Of a stretch of 64,000 bases of DNA, positions 61,285 to 64,000 are shown in pieces. The notes under the pieces were generated by a model. The model saw nothing but the letters and a program-made list of their open reading frames with translations, was not told the DNA's origin and ran no database searches. Made by a program: the position numbers and the translations under genes. Source of the stretch: Pocillopora damicornis (Eukaryota); the NCBI RefSeq assembly GCF_003704095.1, contig NW_020845022.1, forward strand, positions 1 through 64,000, written 5' to 3'. Positions within the stretch are counted from its first letter, which is position 1, and each line of letters begins with the position of its first letter.

Positions 61285-63949
61285 TTACGTAAATAGATAA
61301 AATCGACTTGCCGAGAACCGAGATGGAATTTGATTGCTGTTTTTCAGGCCGGAAGAACGAAAAGAAACAAACAAAATTCAATAAATACATGCGATCGTGG
61401 ACTGTTTTCGGTTTCAGACGAGATGCTCTGCTTTCAGAAGCAATCCTCTCGATTTGAGCGAACGCAATTGCGCTACCTAAAATTCTATCAAGCTTTAAGA
61501 GTAAAAGTGCGCGAGGGTAGATGGCTATATGGCACTTGTCTGGTATTCGTGCGGTTCACAGTGGTCTGCATTGAAGCATCACAAATGACGAAGCTTTTTG
61601 ATTTGTCACTCTTTTTTCATTAGTGACTGGAATAGGATTCAAATTACAGTTTAACTTCTTACGTTAAGCTCTTACACCTGTGCTTTTAAGGCTTAAGCGG
61701 TTGCCAATCAACACGATAGCCAATCTGAGCACACGTGTGCACTATAACGAAGCAATCAAGGAACGAGGCGGTCGTTGAGTGCGGATAAAAGCGATTACTT
61801 CAGTTTCATGAGCGTTTTTGGTGCTTTAATTGGTTGAGAGTAAAGAACACCATTAGATAAAAGATCTTCGTGCAATTTTTCCTGGAAGACTTTTTTCCTA
61901 AAAGCCATTTGTCACAGATCTTTAATCCACCAGATGATTGTCTTGACTCTGATCTCGTGCAATTCTGGTGATGTCAATACGTTAAGATACACATTTCAAC
62001 TCACTAGAATAAAATTCAAAGATTTGTGATAGATCTGTATGTCAACCACACTATTACCGCCTGTGTGCAAATTTGAGACTGACAATGTTGCTGACATGAG
62101 TTACGCCAACGCACGGAATGTTATCATAAAACTTTTCATTCCTCAACAATTTTCTTTCGTGAATGCTTGAAATTACACTGAGTTTGGGTTGGTACTCTTT
62201 GGAACGCTGGGAGATTTTTAAGAAATTTATTCTCAGTTTCCCGGTTTTTAAATTTTATTCAGACTTTTTCGTTCGGACAGAACCAGACATACACTATTAC
62301 GAAATTGTCCTGATACGAAGTTTGGTGAGGTCTGGGCCGAGGACGTGGAACTCACGTGCTCGCATAATCTTTTTGCGTGACTTGTGCAAAAGTTGTTAAC
62401 ATCCTACTTTTCATATCCCACATGAAACTGGTGGCGAAGTCAAACTGCTGTAAAACAGCGTACAAGGCCTCCTTCACGTGCCCGGGCAAGGTTTTACGTC
62501 CAGTTACAGCTGTTTCATGTGTCACTATTGCAGAAACTTCTCGACACCCTATAGAATGAATGACTTAGATTTTTTTGTCCAGTTTTGCCCATTGTGAGAG
62601 ATCATTGAGAGGTTCCTTAAAAGTCATGCGACACGTGCTCTAAAGGTTTTGGATCCAGGCGAAAGTGTTAAGTTTGTTCATTATCATCACCCAGTTTCTG
62701 GATAATGCTTGGCGGGTTCAAGGGCAAGGTACAGTAATGGTCCTGACCCTCGGCTTCCTTGTAGGAAGAAAACTTGTAGGTTTTTTACTACTTGTCTGAG
62801 ACCAAAAGTCTTGTAAGGGCAGTGCTCTGGGTAATGAAAGGAGGGATTCAGCTTACAGAAAAGTATGGTTTCTTTTCGATGATATGGTTTAAATCACAGT
62901 GTTACGGTTTAAAACAATTTTAGAAAAGAAGTCCTAGAGAAAGAGGTTACTTGTTTGAAACGACGGAAAAGCAATGAAGACAACTTTAACGTTATTGAAA
63001 ATTTCAAGTTTAAGAGAGTACAAATTTTATTGGATTGAGCATGCCGAAAGTAGCACTCTGGGCCAAGAAATGAGAAAAAAATAAAAACACCAAAAGAAAC
63101 ATTCCCTCCATATCACAGTGTTGACATAACATGCCTCAGCAGACAAGAATTATTTAAAAGAGATAGAGAGAAAAACACAGAGAAAACAAAAGATAGCACC
63201 TGCTGTTGTTCAGCTTGTAAGATACCTGCTCTTCTGCCACCAATATCGTCTCACGGAAAGCTGGTTTCGGTCGACAGCGAGGGCAGATGTAGATCTGTCC
63301 GACACTTCTGTGAAATATCACGTCAACACGTGTAACACCGAGCGACAGGTTTGGAGAAATTCTCGAATACTCACACAATGGCTGAATATCTGTCGACTAG
63401 ATTTAAAGACATGCTGGTGTCTTAATATTACTTATGTAACTAATAATGGATTTTAATTACAGGATAATGATGATGAGAGGAATTTTTTTCATTGTCTTTC
63501 GGGGTTTACTGCCGATGTTGTACGGTAATTTATTGCAAATTGCACGCAACTTTTTTTGTAATATGTCATTAATACGGGTGCTTATTGTTTTAGAAATTGT
63601 TTATTTTGATCGAGCAAAGTTCGCGATTATGAGGTGTTTTAATTTGAGTTAACTGCACATTTAAGCGTCGTGTTTTGTGATGATCTCAATTGGAAGTCAA
63701 AGGTTCAACAGCTTCATCTGCAATCAGTTTGTAGAAGTCACTTGGTTGTAAAATTGATTGGTTACTGAAATGAAAGTTTGCGTTGAAACTGGCTCGGAGG
63801 ATTATCCCACTGCAGTTTATACACTCTTTAGCAAATTAAGACATGAAGTGAAACGAGAATTTTTAGCAGAACTTACAACAGGTACAAAATTGCGTAAAGC
63901 TGGAATATTTTCATGTTGGATTGTGTTTTGTTCCGGGTAGTTGCACGTG
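61285..63949. promoter_or_regulatory. Cluster of canonical E-boxes and D-boxes
   Basis: CACGTG at 61732, 62353, 62475, 62632, 63327 and 63944. TTACGTAA at 61285 and TTATGTAA at 63432. Paired CCAAT boxes at about 61704 and 61720. Confidence 0.55.
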
Positions 63950-64000
63950 TTTCTTACAGGTGCCTGACACTCAGAGATTCTTTTGTGGGGACTCATTCAT

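Noticed and set aside
63375-63412. Possible - strand first coding exon (MSLNLVDRYSAI, GTGAGT donor)
   Set aside because: No downstream exons or homology could be identified.

Overview
Eukaryotic (animal) genomic DNA with GT-AG introns, AT-rich, with three N gaps. The repeat content suggests a cnidarian, probably a stony coral (inference). About 1-15 kb is a mosaic of decayed transposon fragments: piggyBac, two Mutator-type, two RAG1/Transib-like, a spliced chromodomain gene, a YqaJ exonuclease and two LINE 3' ends. Every fragment I could identify lies on the + strand. About 16-53 kb is gene-rich. Spliced genes reconstructed with consistent intron phases are SNRPB (-), BLOC1S4/BCAS4-like (+), MDP1 (-), SNRK (+) and a stathmin-domain gene (-). 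Intronless genes are three highly divergent Rab32/38-derived proteins with destroyed GTP-binding motifs, and a small FRAT/GBP-like GSK3-binding protein. About 54-64 kb has no recognisable CDS but carries a dense E-box/D-box cluster. Top leads: the Rab32/38-like pseudo-GTPase family flanking BLOC1S4, a probable non-vertebrate FRAT homolog, a strand-biased TE graveyard that may be a piRNA cluster, and a clock-type regulatory cluster.
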